Below are positions 11,049 to 23,272 of a stretch of 64,000 nt of DNA, one piece after another. The stretch comes from Cenococcum geophilum. Its lineage: Eukaryota. Position 1 is the stretch's first letter, and each line of letters begins with the position of its first letter. The stretch is from NCBI GenBank assembly GCA_050273025.1, contig CP158636.1:5332001-5396000 (forward strand), written 5' to 3'. Position numbers and translations under genes: made by a program. The notes beneath the pieces are model-generated. The model did no database searches and was not told the DNA's origin. It worked only from the letters and a program-made list of their open reading frames with translations.

Positions 11049-13419
11049 TAGGGCTGGGGTCTCTAAAATTACATGTTGTATTGTCATAAGCTCTGCTTAC
11101 TAAAATACGTGTATTAATTCAAAATTACTACCACCATATAAAATATATAGGATTTTAGATATAGACTTGGTGTTATAAACTTTTGGTAATTAATCAAATT
11201 AATACATAGGGGTCAAATATATATAATATTAATTCGCTACCTCACTGACGCGCCTATTAGCCTCTATATACTTATGCTTAATAATTAAGTTCTCCCATTT
11301 AAGACGCTCCTGCTCATCTAGCTGGTTCTAATTAAACGGTTTGTAATACTTGCCCCTATAATAATTAAACACCCGCTGGTTAATATAGACGGCCGTCTAT
11401 ATATCTACCTATTTAGGATCAGTAAAGGCCCTTATTTGGGAGTGTATAAGCTTCACTATACTAAATAAGCGCTTGGAGGGCACTAAATTGGCCTATATAA
11501 AATATAGACGGCGCGCTAAATTAGCTAGATTGGGTGTAGTAACTTTTATAGAGGACCAAAATAAGTTTGGCTTATTTATATACTGCTAATAGTAATTAGT
11601 AAAAGCAAATTTGTCCTCCTTATAGTAGTAGCTAAAGTACAACTACAAGGCAGCAGCCTCCTAATTGGCTAGCATATGCTTACAAATAAAATTAAGGACC
11701 TGCTTTTAATATTTAACGCTTATTTCTAAACCTGTGTGAGTAGGGTTAAGGTAGTAAGCAGCCTAATGTATAGGAACTACCTGTTTAGCTATACGCGGGT
11801 AAAATACCTGATTAGCACCTCCTTCGCCTAAGGATATGCGACGCTAGTGTTACAGAAATGCTGGTAGATAGATTACTAGCGTCTAGAGATATATCTAAGG
11901 CGTACGCGGTTTAATTCTAACATCTTCTAAGCCTTATGGAGAGGCTTAAAGAGGTATAGGAAGTGGCCGAGCTGTTAAAAAAAGGGTCCCGCGATAGCTT
12001 AACCTTAAAATACTACATTAACGTCTGTATCTTGATTAAGGCAGTACGCCTTAATAGCCTCCTAATTATCCTTTACTAATTGCGTAATAGCTAGCTAAGT
12101 ACCCTAACGTATAATAACTATAGCAGAGAAGGCTTTCTTTATCTTCTGATAGCGCCGTAGTATAGAGAGCTGTTTTGGTAATATACAGAATTTTGTTAAT
12201 ATACTCTAGGCGTTAGCAAACACTATTTTAAACTAAGAGATCTATTTAAGTATATTCTTTATAAGTAGCTATAGGCTATAGCTATTGTAAGGAACGGTAA
12301 ATACGTGCTAAAGATCCTTATCTTTATGTATAAGTTCCTATAGGGATTATATGGTTAAGCAAGTATTAGTGGTAAGGGAGTTAATACGCTTAAAGTCCGA
12401 ATCTATATTATTTAGCACTAAGCTTAGGTAAGTTTTAATATACCTTATAAACCAAATAGATGCTTAATCTCCTTTCTAACCCATCTAAATATCCATTCTA
12501 TATTATATTTTGCCCCTAGATCTACCATTTCTAATTTAATATAAAGTATACTGTTTGGTGTATTATAATAGAGGTTAATTACACGCTTGTGGAGTATATT
12601 ATTAGACTTGTTAATAATAAAGTTAAGGTATTTTTAGGTGCTAATATACTGCTTAATATCCTCTATAGTTATAGCGTATATTTCCTTAAGTAGTATTCTA
12701 GCAAACGTTGTTCTATTAGGTATCTTAAATAAATTATTAAGACTTAATATAAAGTCCTATAAGGCTATATCTTAAAACAGCTAAAACGGGCGAGCGTTGT
12801 ATATAATTATACATATAGCCTTCTTTTCTAAGAGGCGTTGGCGCGTATAGGTAGTGGAATTCGTCTTTAGCTTTTTCTAAGTAGGTTTATTAGTAGAGTT
12901 ATTATAGGCCTTAGAAGCCTTTTAAGTAGCAGGAGTTACTTTACCTTTAGCCTTATAGGTGTTTAGATAACTTTGGCAGCGTATAAGGTGGTTAAATTAG
13001 TGGGAGGTATTCTTTATAGCTTTGTTACCGTAGTATAAGCAGCGCATATAATTATACTAGTAGAAAAGTTAGCTTTAGGCCTATAGGGGCTATAAGGAAC
13101 TTACCGATCAATTAGGACGTATAAAAGACTTAAACGCTAGTAATACTTCGTTATTTAAAAGCCTTATTGCGGATTAATATAGTAGTAGAGGTGGTAGTTA
13201 ATAATTTAATAATGCGCGTTAAGCGCGTTAAGCGCGTTTAATATTGTAGAAGGTCCATGCAGTTACGTGTTTTAGCGTATTTTATATTACACTGGGCGTA
13301 TATCGTGAACTGCTACTAGCCCCTGAAAAATACCTAATGTCACAGTATTAAGCAAAAATACGCTCAATACGCCAAGCTTACCGTCACCTTCTAAAGATAC
13401 ACTGTAATTCTTACCCCTA
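11049..13419 (-). mobile_element. hAT-family transposon, heavily RIP-mutated, nested in the piggyBac right TIR
   Basis: Perfect 8-bp TSD CTCAGCGG (11041-11048, 13420-13427); TAGGG...CCCTA termini; minus-strand relic motifs RINSLTT(D)TC, (C)(D)S(H)..QLLIK, (T)R(W)GT and ANLVPSKRLFS (decayed hAT dimerization SVPSER.FS, ~11460-11495); GCGCGTTAA x3 near 13214. Confidence 0.9.
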
Positions 13420-13504
13420 CTCAGCGGACGAAGGGATAAGATAACGAGGCAGCTGACTGCCCCGCGATTTATCTGTGGAATTGCTCCATTACTGGACTTA
13501 CCTA

Positions 13505-13714
13505 ATGTGGTTAACGGGGTTTTGACCGCTCCCCTAGTTTTGACCGAAAGGAACATTAAAACTTTACCTACATTACATCTATCACGCCTAGGTAAGCCTT
13601 AGCACGACAACATATGTGTTATTTTAAGTTTGGCAGAACAACAAAACTTTACTAGTAGGCGGTACGCTAGCGCGGTTAAAACTAAGGGAGCGGTCAAAAC
13701 CCCGTTAACTACGT
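13505..13714. mobile_element. 210-bp MITE of pogo/Fot1 (Tc1/mariner) type
   Basis: ~42-bp TIRs A(T/C)GT(G/A)GTTAACGGGGTTTTGACCGCTCCC..AGTTTT; TA flanks at 13503-13504 and 13715-13716; no coding capacity. Confidence 0.88.
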
Positions 13715-15477
13715 TACGGTATTTCCTTCCATTGAAAATACTTTTGTAGTCACTACAATGGCAGCCAGTCTATCAGAGCACTGGAAACATGCTAGTTCTT
13801 AAATTGTGGACCGATAGATTTGAAATGAGATGAGTAGCCTCTGAGAGCTCGTGTCTTCACAGCTTTATCAGCACCATTACGTGATATATAGCCTTTCCAT
13901 TTGTGGAGCCAAAAAGTACGGCACTACGCGTAGATCGTGGACTTTGCTCGTTAACTCAACTCGTATACCCGAACAAAACCACACATTCACATGGCTTAGC
14001 TGTAACTGAGAGACATATGATGCGGTAGGAGCATCATCAGCGAAGCAAAATTTACTTGGTCTCTCTCCGAGCAAAAACCAACTCGAATTTCCATTAAAAT
14101 ATGTACTTCTATGTGCTATACTACATACTTGTTTGCCAAGGAATGGTTCGCTTTCAACACGAAACCTTCAACCTTGGCTCATTCCCTGCATCAACGTCAA
14201 GTACACGAGGAAGAAACCCATCGCTCACAGTGTGTTCTATTTTATTCCTCTAATACTCCACTATCGACATTCGCTCTTCGCGGCTTGTGGATGCTGACTT
14301 TCCCATTGCATTAAATATCGAGTCTCCCTCACTCCGCTTGTCTTCTTTCATAGACATCTCCCGCCAGCTACTACTTTGGATTTAAGCTACCGGCAATAAG
14401 GCTATCATTCATTAAGCTGTTCATATTTGAGACTGCTAGGGACGTATTGTTTGAACAGGCTGCCATTGACCCAGCCTATGGCAAGTATGGCACCTATTCA
14501 GTTTAACTTATGTCAGGGCACTGAGCAGGCTGATGGAATGATACATATGATACTCTATGAGGAAGCTCAGGGGCTCGAAGGCCCCGAGAAGATATCTACA
14601 CGATGGCCCGCGCGCTGTCACGTGACACGTCGCTGAGCTCAAAGAGACTGCCCAAGTACCCCCCCCTACCAACAACTTATTTTCATCCAACTTCTCATGT
14701 TCATTCGTGTCCATATTTACGTGGCTTAGAAAATGAAGGTCTTTAGTGTTGTAATTATAAGCCACTATTGAGCTATTTCTATCATTGCCCTCTGCAACAT
14801 GAAAAAATAATTAAATAGCTATCGGGTGATAGGATCACTGATGAGTTCTCCACCCGGAACGCTTTACTTAACGAGGCAGGCGCTACGGTCTCTTTTATTT
14901 ACAAGGAAAATTCCTTTTTAGAATTCTTCCCCTCACGCCCTATTTCACTCATCGTCTCTCTGCATGGAAGATCATGGGCTAAGCCGGCGGAGATGAAATC
15001 TCCGCAGGCCAAGATATCGCCAAGGCTTGGCAGGCTGGAACAGCCACCCTCTTAGGCGAATAGGGTCGCGCAGCTCCTCCACGCCTTGCCCTGCCATCAA
15101 GCAGCTCAAGCATTCAGCCAGTGGCCTCATGGTAGGATGGCATCGTTCCGCTCGGTCAGAAGCCTTGGCAGAAGCCTTACAGAACTGTTCCACGCCGACA
15201 ACCGAGCTACAGGGCCGGTTTGTTTCCTGGTTGCTGGTCGTGCTTCTCGAAAGAGCAACTCATTGCATTAGTGGGTCGATTTGAGTAGTGTAAGAGCTTG
15301 GCAGAACTGCTATGGGTTATTAACGGCATTAGACAGCTCTATTCCAGGAAATGGAGACGTCAAGGTCTAGATGGTCCTGCAGGTCCCGCAGCTAGGGTAC
15401 CTGGGGGTTTATAAGAGACTATGCATGCCACATTTTGTGAGCTCCAACCTGGTTCACAGCTTCTCCTCTAAGACCCC

Positions 15478-17907
15478 ATGGTGAAGATTAACCAGTCAAT
15501 GGCTTCTACAGTGTTTGCCGCTCTTCTGCTTGCTGGTGCTTGCTCTGCGCAAACATTTCAGCGCCTGGGAACGTGCCCCACACTTGGTATTGTCCTAATT
15601 CCCGACTTTGAAGCTTCGAGTGTGCTGATAGAGCCCAGGTTGCATCTTCCCTCCGGACCAGTATGTGAGGAAACTACCAACGTAATAACCCCTGCTAAGA
15701 TATCCTAGAGCGGACTTCTTAGCCGGACAGTATTTCGACATTCGCCTCGAAGTCCACGCGCCAATAAATGGCTCTGAGGCCAATGGAAAGCTGCCGGATC
15801 CTAACTTTACCTTTACCATTGCAAAGGATAATAGAACTGCTGTAAATGCAACTGAATTCTTTAAGACCTCCGAACCGAAACTGGAGCATTGGAACTTCAC
15901 CTGGTATGAAGGTATGTAATCAATCGGGATCAAGAATCTTAATCCTCTTCGTTACATACGAGAGAACCTTTTTGACCCTTGTTAGATCTCTTCGCCAAGG
16001 ACGCTGGAAAACCTTCTGTGGTCAATGTGACTTCTAAAGCCTATCGAAGGGTAGCTTTGTACGAACCCGGGGGTAATTTAGGATAATTTTATCTCAATCA
16101 ACGCGAGGCTAAGCTTTCCTGCAGAGTACACCGCGACCTTGACCTACAACAACGGCACCAAGACCAATGCTAGCTGGCTTGTACGAGACCTCTCCCAAGT
16201 ACGGAAGACAAAAAATATTATTCTTTTCATAGGTGATGGAATGACAACGAATATGATCACAGTCAGTCTTGCACCGCAGCCCAATCCTAGAAAAGCTGCT
16301 AAAACTCTCGCAGGCTGCCCGTCTCATTGCTCACAAAACTGTAAATGGTCGTTATCAGACGAAGATGGTCAGTTCTCAATCTTCCAGTTTCTCAAAGCTT
16401 GTGTATCCTTCAAGAATACCGGAATCATACCTAAAGCATTCATTCGCATAAGCAAGACTAATTATGATGAACAGATGATGGACCAATTCCCTGTCCTCGG
16501 CCACCAAATGACGCACTCCATCGACTCTTTCATCACTGATTCCGCAAACTCCGCCACTGCCCTCTACACCGGCCACAAATCTACAGTTAATGCACTCAGT
16601 GTCTACGCTGACTCTAGCAAATCCCCCTTTGATGACCCCAAAGTTGAGACAATTGCTGAATTGTTCTGGCGTATTACTGGCGGTCACGTAGGGATAGTCT
16701 CTACCGCTTTTATCGCCGATGCAACCCCTGCTGCACTGACAGCTCATACCCGCGATCGTAGCCAGTATGGTGCCGTCGTAGACTCTTTCCTGAACGGTAT
16801 CACCAACTACACTTGGACGAACTGGACTGGGCCTGATGTGCTCTTTGGCGGTGGTGCGGAGCAATTTTATAGCCCGAAACTTGGCGGCAAAACATACTTG
16901 GATAAAGATTACTATACTGAATTCGCCAACAAAGGATATCAAATACTCTGGAATAACACTGCTCTTTCCAAAGCCAAGAACGACACCAAGGCCCTTGGAA
17001 TTTTTACGGTATCGAATATGGCTAAGTGGCTCGATAGAAATGTACTTCTTCCTCGCACTTCGCTCACTCTACTCTACCAGAAAATATTTGCTAATTGCAT
17101 GTATCATAGGTATATACAGCAAACTTGAACCAATCTCTTTCTCCCTCTGGCGATAAGAAGCCCGCCCTCGACCAACCTGGTCTGAAGGAAATGACTCTCA
17201 AAGCCATCGACATCCTATCGGCCCGTTCCGGCAACAAGGGGTTTTTCATCATGTCTGAAGCCGCCTCAATTGACAAGATGATGCACGTCCTCGACTATGA
17301 TCGCGCTCTTGGTGAACTGCTAGAGCTTGACGATACCATCAAAGCCACCATAGCACATCTAAAGTCGCTTGGTAAACTCAAGGAGACATTAATCCTTGTT
17401 ACTGCAGACCACGGCCACGGCTTTGATGTCATGGGCTCTGTCGACACAAAATATCTAAACGCGCAGTCTACGGATAGGAAGAAGCGCTCCGCTATCGGCA
17501 CCTACCAGAACTCTGGCCTCAGCCAATACGCAATGGCTGGCAACTTGACTTACTCTGAAGGCATACATTTCCCCGCAAACTGGGATCCTCGCTACACTCT
17601 CTTCTCTGGCCTCGGCGCTGATCCCGACCGTCGCGAGAACTACCAGGTCCACAAAGACGGGCCGAGAGTCCCTGCCGTTAACATCACTGAGGCCGCCGAC
17701 TACTACGTCAACCCGAAGGATGCAAAGACGGGTTTTGTGGTCAATGGCACGCTCCCCGTTAGCGATGACCAGGGTGTACATAGTTTGACTGATGTGCCGG
17801 TTTTTGCTATGGGTCCTTGCCAGGAACTGTTCGGCGGTGTTTATAATAGTATTGATGTCTTCTTCGGTATGGCGGAGTGCTTTGGCCTCGGCCGGAGCCA
17901 CGCTTAG
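15478..17907 (+). CDS. Secreted alkaline phosphatase, multi-exon
   Basis: Signal-peptide-like N-terminus (VFAALLLAGACSA); motifs IILFIGDGM, TDSANSAT (catalytic Ser), DATPAA, EAASIDKMMH, VTADHGH, HSLTDV; several GT-AG introns. Confidence 0.93.
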
Positions 17908-18073
17908 ATTATGTATTATGGTGATAAGAGTCGGAACGGCTTATGCTGATCAAATGTAGGTGGACGAAGTAATGTAGATTTTCTGATGACACAAAACACC
18001 GTCATTCAAGGATTGGCGTGAAATAACGGACGCCCAACAACTGTGATTTTTAAGTGCCTACGTTGTAAGAATC

Positions 18074-18248
18074 TGCAGTGCTTTTATCAATATTTTTCAA
18101 CAACACCATAATAACACGTTATTGAATTAAATATAAATTAAAAAGCGTTTAAATATCTATATTATTATTCAATAATATGTTATTATGGTGTTGTTGAAAA
18201 ATACTGAATCCTTATCGATAAGTATTGAATATTGATAAAAGCACTGCA
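18074..18248. repeat. 175-bp AT-rich palindrome / MITE-like hairpin
   Basis: Outer IR TGCAGTGCTTTTATCAATATT / AATATTGATAAAAGCACTGCA; inner IR TTTTCAACAACACCATAATAACA / TGTTATTATGGTGTTGTTGAAAA; no TSD found. Confidence 0.8.
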
Positions 18249-18370
18249 AACAGGCGCATTTCTACAACAGGTACACATACGGATACACAACGAATTTGTG
18301 ACAGGAATATGAAGCTACCAGTAGCTAATTCCACCACACTATCCCACCTTTCTCAGCTATTATGTGGTTT

Positions 18371-21165
18371 CTACGGGTTCTCTTGAGATACTCCACCTTC
18401 CGCAAACTTTCCTCCTGGCTGTTTGTAGTGCCTCCGGCGACGGAAGATATCGAGTCCTAAGATTTTCAACGGCTGTACCCAGAAAGATGTCTTTCGCGGT
18501 GGAGGTAGTTTAATTGAGCGAGAACCCCGAGATTCGAATACTTTGACCACTCGACCCAATGCTATGATACCCGCAAGAACAACGTATTCTATAACAACAA
18601 CTGTAGCCCATATGGGAGTCAAAAATAGGCGTAAAAAGTTGAAGCCAACCATGAGCGAAGCTAAAATGAATGTAGAAATTAATCGCAAGCCAAAGATCAA
18701 AGTTCCGCATGAGCTGCCATGCTGTCGGACTTCCTCTTCCCACGATTGACGTTTTGGTTTCTTCTTAACTTGCTTTTCTTTTCTTTCTTGAAGCTTCTTG
18801 CGTCGCTCAGCTTCTCTATACACCCGATATCGCCTCCTCTGTGTAGAGTCTTTCAGTTCATGCTCCTCTTCCAGCTGTTGGCGCAGCTCTGTAAATCGAT
18901 TATTACCAAAGACGCCATAGACATCCAGGGCAGCCGTGATCTCGTGAACTGGCACGCGAACGAAGATCCAATATAGCAGGAACCCGAGGTATACCCAACC
19001 ATGAGTTTGCTTTGGCTCCTTCCAGAATGAAGCCTCGGCGGCGGCCTTGCGGTCCTCTGACAAATCCCTGGCGAGATTATTCAAGTATCTCCTGCGCTCT
19101 TGGGCCATGCGGCCAAGCAGCCATGCAGTAATTGCCTCGCTGGTACTCTGCCAAAATGTCAAGATAGTTTTGAGATTGAAGGTTATGAAGGCAGTAGCCA
19201 CAGCAATAGAGGGTAGGGTGATTGCAAATTTGCGGACGGTTTCGGACCCGCTGCCAGTGAATTGCATACCGAATATACTCTTTTAAACTAGTTAGTTATC
19301 TGTAGAATGGCTTCTTATCAAAGTATAGTACCGTAGCAAAGGATAGAGGAAGGAAAAGCAATGAAATATATGTGAGAAGCCTGATGTTGTCATTTTGTCG
19401 TACTGAGGTATGACTGTCGAATAATGTGGCTGTTGAAACAAACTGTACAAGTAAGTATATTTAGACTAACAAAAGCCATGAACGACACTTACTCCATCAC
19501 GAAGGTCCATCACTTCTTTGGTGCGCTTCTTTATATGCTCTAGCTTCGTACGGAGTTGGTCGACACCTTGTTCAAGCTCTTCGAGCACGTCTTGTTGGGT
19601 AATCTGATTGAAAATTTTTGGCACGGACTCCTTCTTGAACTCTTCCCAAGTGAGGATGGTTTGGTGGAGGGTTTGCTTTTTTTTATATTTACTTTCAGTC
19701 TATACTGACGACTAACAAGTGGCTAAGAGTTATACCTCGAATAAACTGTATGCTTGCAATTGCCAAAAATAGGCATGGGCAAACGATGATATCGGATTTC
19801 CTAACCATAATTCTTTAGCCTAGATGCACTTGAAGGAAATCAGCATAGAATATACCTGCAAGATAGCCCTCCTTGTTATCCATGAACATTGCTTTAGCCT
19901 TACGCATTTGTTATAAGCATGGCTCTGCAATATATGATTTAAGATCGTCAACGTACTGGGGATAAAAACTCTGACTCCAGCGCATCTATAGCTTGCTGCC
20001 ACCGCCAGGATACATGAGGTAATGCCGCCAATAACCAAGAAAGGAGCATGTTAGCTGCTGGCTGATTTGGGTTTAAGGGCCGAAAGGTTAGAGATTCCTT
20101 GAAGCCCTTTCGGCCGGGGATCTGAAAATACGATTCTGCTAACTGCACGCAGGTAACCACATCATTCAAATGTCCAATAAGGAGAAATGATAGGCTTTCT
20201 TCATTGATATATCTCCTCCCACTAGGGCTGTCAACGCCAAATGTTGAGGAATTTCGGCAACCTCGTGGGTCTGACATGCGCGGAACTGAATCATTGTATT
20301 TAAGAGTAACGTGATAAAAAGCGAAGTGATACTCAAAGGTATAAGAGCACCATGTCTACATAAGGTTAGTGATTATTTTAAAGTTTGTGGCATGAGAAAT
20401 CCTACAGTATCTACTGGGGGAAGTAGCAACCTATGAAAGGCAACTTTCCCCATATTAATGAACTCGAGATAACGATCAATAAAACTCACGAAGTACCCTC
20501 GATCATACCTAAACCATGTCAATTGACCAGAAGATTTATGCTTTCAATATCACGTACTTCGACAGTGAGCAAAGGATACAAAATATTATAAGGGGTGAAA
20601 TATCCATAATCTGGAAAACACGGGTAGAGTATGATAACTCTACACGAGCGCCCGACTTTCTGAGACGAGAATGCTCTATCGGACGGTCCTTTATCAGTCG
20701 CCATAGACCCTCGGGACCTTCCGCTGTTTCTAGGTATTTGGCCTTGTAGTTTAATGTGTAGATGTCGTCAAAGTCAAACACCGTTACTACTGAGCTACAT
20801 CTAGAGGAGTTTATGCCGTCCCTAAGGAATTCAGTAAACTTTGGATAAGCGAGGGTATAGCCCGTCCGATGCCACTCCCTCTTATTCGTCCACGCAGCGC
20901 TCAAAGAAGGGGGACGTTGCCATGAATAGAAGTATGTGATGAATTCTGTCGAGTCCTGGGCCTTTCGGCTAAGTATTGAGTTCCAGATTGCTGCGTATGG
21001 CAATCCTGATTTACTTATTTTCCTTTCCTCTTCAGCCTTACGGCTGGCAACTCCTTCAAGCAGATTGTAGATGGCGTCATTGCGAGATTGAAACTCGTCA
21101 AACTTCGTTGAGATGTTTTCTAAAATTAATTTTATGGCTTCCAGTTGATCGTTCGAAGACTCCAT
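18371..21165 (-). CDS. CorA-like transmembrane-domain protein, multi-exon
   Basis: Spliced minus-strand exons give NIRLLTYISLLFLPLSFAT/SIFGMQ, the fungal CorA-like two-TM signature; N-terminal exon ORF 20536-21165 and last exon ORF ending at 18371. Internal exon boundaries not fully resolved. Confidence 0.7.
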
Positions 21166-21672
21166 GGCCCAATTTCGAGATGAGTGAGGTCGGGAGTTAC
21201 CTCAGCAAGCTCAGATTATCTGACAAATTAGACCCGGTGGGGCACTACGCGCACGTGCGGGCAAGGTGGCTCGTCAATCTCTAGCGTCAATATTTGGCTA
21301 AAGGTCCCTAATCCTTATGACGAAAATGGGACTATCAAAAGTCATTGGAGTGCCATCACAAAACCCTGAAGCATGAAGAATATAGAACATGACGAAAAGT
21401 GGTATCATCACGAGAGCCGGCAAGACCGCTGGCAAAAATGGCTAAAAGAAGGGACCTTTCGCAATCTTTGCAATGAAGGAAATCGTCAACCAAGTTTGAT
21501 TTGTCAGGGTTGTGGGGTTGACTGTAGAGGACTACGGGAATAGCTACACGCTGGGTGCCTCTCCAGCTAAGAGTCAGAAGTCAGCTCGCAGGGTATACTG
21601 CTTTGACATAGCGAGTTTAATTACGCCATTTAATGCTCTATCAGTACTTTGGTTATTTTTACGCATCTTTGG

Positions 21673-22841
21673 TTATAATCTATTTCGGTTGTTGCCTTGA
21701 TTATCCTCGGTCCCCAATGGTATCCCAATCGCTTCTAGTAACGTGTCAAGCTTCTTAGGTTCTACACGAAGCACATCCCATTCCTCCTGATACTTTACCA
21801 TAAGAGTACCGGCAAGCATAGTGCCGTTCAATGCCACAAAACCAATGTCAGAACCATCATCTCTTTGCAAAATATTGCCCTCTCGTCGGCGAGGACATAT
21901 TGCCATAGCGGATGTGGTCATAGCAAGATTGTAACTGATAGGGAGAGAGCCATCCTCTGTTGAGTGGAGCTCGAAATCTGTAGGATGACTTCGGGCATGC
22001 TCATTTACAGAGGTAGTCGCAGCTTTGTAGAGGTCTTGGTAGGTTCTAAGAAGCTGTGATCCACTGGGGTCTAAAGGTAAAGGTGATGCAAAATGGGTGA
22101 ATGGAAGCTTTGGGTTTTGTTTCAGGTCGGAGATACCTATTATATCATGTCAGAGAGTATATTTGGGGTATACTATAGTATGGTACCTTTCGTAATGGAC
22201 TGCGGGGTTACCAGTAGTTGATCCATCAGTAAGCCCCATCCGCTAGTTTCCTCTCCATTCATCATACGCTCAACTGGTAGAAATTGAAGATGCCGGTGCG
22301 GCTGACTCGCCCCACTATGATCCCCGGAATTAAAGAATGCAAAGAGCCTCTTGCTTCTTTCGTGCGCATGCCCATTCTCCCATGCCTTAAGGCACGCGTA
22401 TGTCACTTCGAGGTCATCCTGCTCGAGCTGGTCCGTCTGCGGCTTATTTGTCTTTGTAGCGAGTATGAAGTGCTCTAAAACGATTGGAAATTTATTTAGG
22501 ACAAGGAGATGGGTTGGGTTCGTTGTCGGCACATCTGCTATCAAGAGATCTGCTGGAGGATTGTCAAAGGGATCCGGCTTCTTCATCTGCGGGTTTTCAT
22601 TCTTTTGGGCTGTCGGTTTCTTCGCTAATGACGGGCAGTATCGAAGTTGAAACTAAGAATCTTGTTACATTGAGAGCTAGGTAGATGGGCCAGAAAGTAT
22701 GTACGTGCTCACCGGAAGACCAGCGGTAGTGCGTATGACTGTGAGCTCGGTAGGCGAGAAGATGAGGCTCTTCGCTGCTTGCGCAGCTTTGAATTTGGAC
22801 TCCACGAGGGAAGGGAAGGATTCAGAGAGCCCGAGTAACAT
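21673..22841 (-). CDS. APA2: Diadenosine tetraphosphate (Ap4A) phosphorylase / ATP adenylyltransferase, 3 exons
   Basis: Motifs DPF, HLLVLNKFPI, FFNSGDHSGASQPHRHLQF (HxHxQ HIT-like), YNLAMT..MAICPRR, LNGTMLAGTLMVK. Confidence 0.9.
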
Positions 22842-23272
22842 AATGCTCTATGAGATGCTGCACAAAAGCTTGGCGGTTAGGGCTCTTGAGGTACGCACGG
22901 TAGTCATCGTAATCATAGGGTGTAATTTTCAAAAATACCGGTAAAATTCTCTCCAACTTCAACCTCGACCAACAGCTACCTCATTGCAATTATCCCTCTA
23001 ACCCGCTATCAACATACAAAAATGCGTTAAATAGAGCCTGTACCCAGTCGAAATAATATCTGAAGACGCTATTTACGCACGGGATACAGCGTACAAATAA
23101 CAACCGCTCCGAGAAATCAGATCCACCCTGTGAGAGTGGACAGCGTATAGCAGACCACAGAATTGAGAAGGCCAGCAATAAAACCAATAAAGTCGTATAC
23201 ATAGGAAGCGCATCATAGCCACCATACCTTACCGGATTACCTAGTAACGATTGCATATCACGCGCCGTTTCG

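Larger units (their letters stand above)
9067..13436 (+). mobile_element. piggyBac-type DNA transposon (~2.0 kb without the nested hAT insertion)
   Basis: Left TIR 9067-9184 is the reverse complement of 10938-11048 plus 13428-13436 (2 substitutions, one 2-bp homopolymer indel); encodes a piggyBac transposase. Confidence 0.93.
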
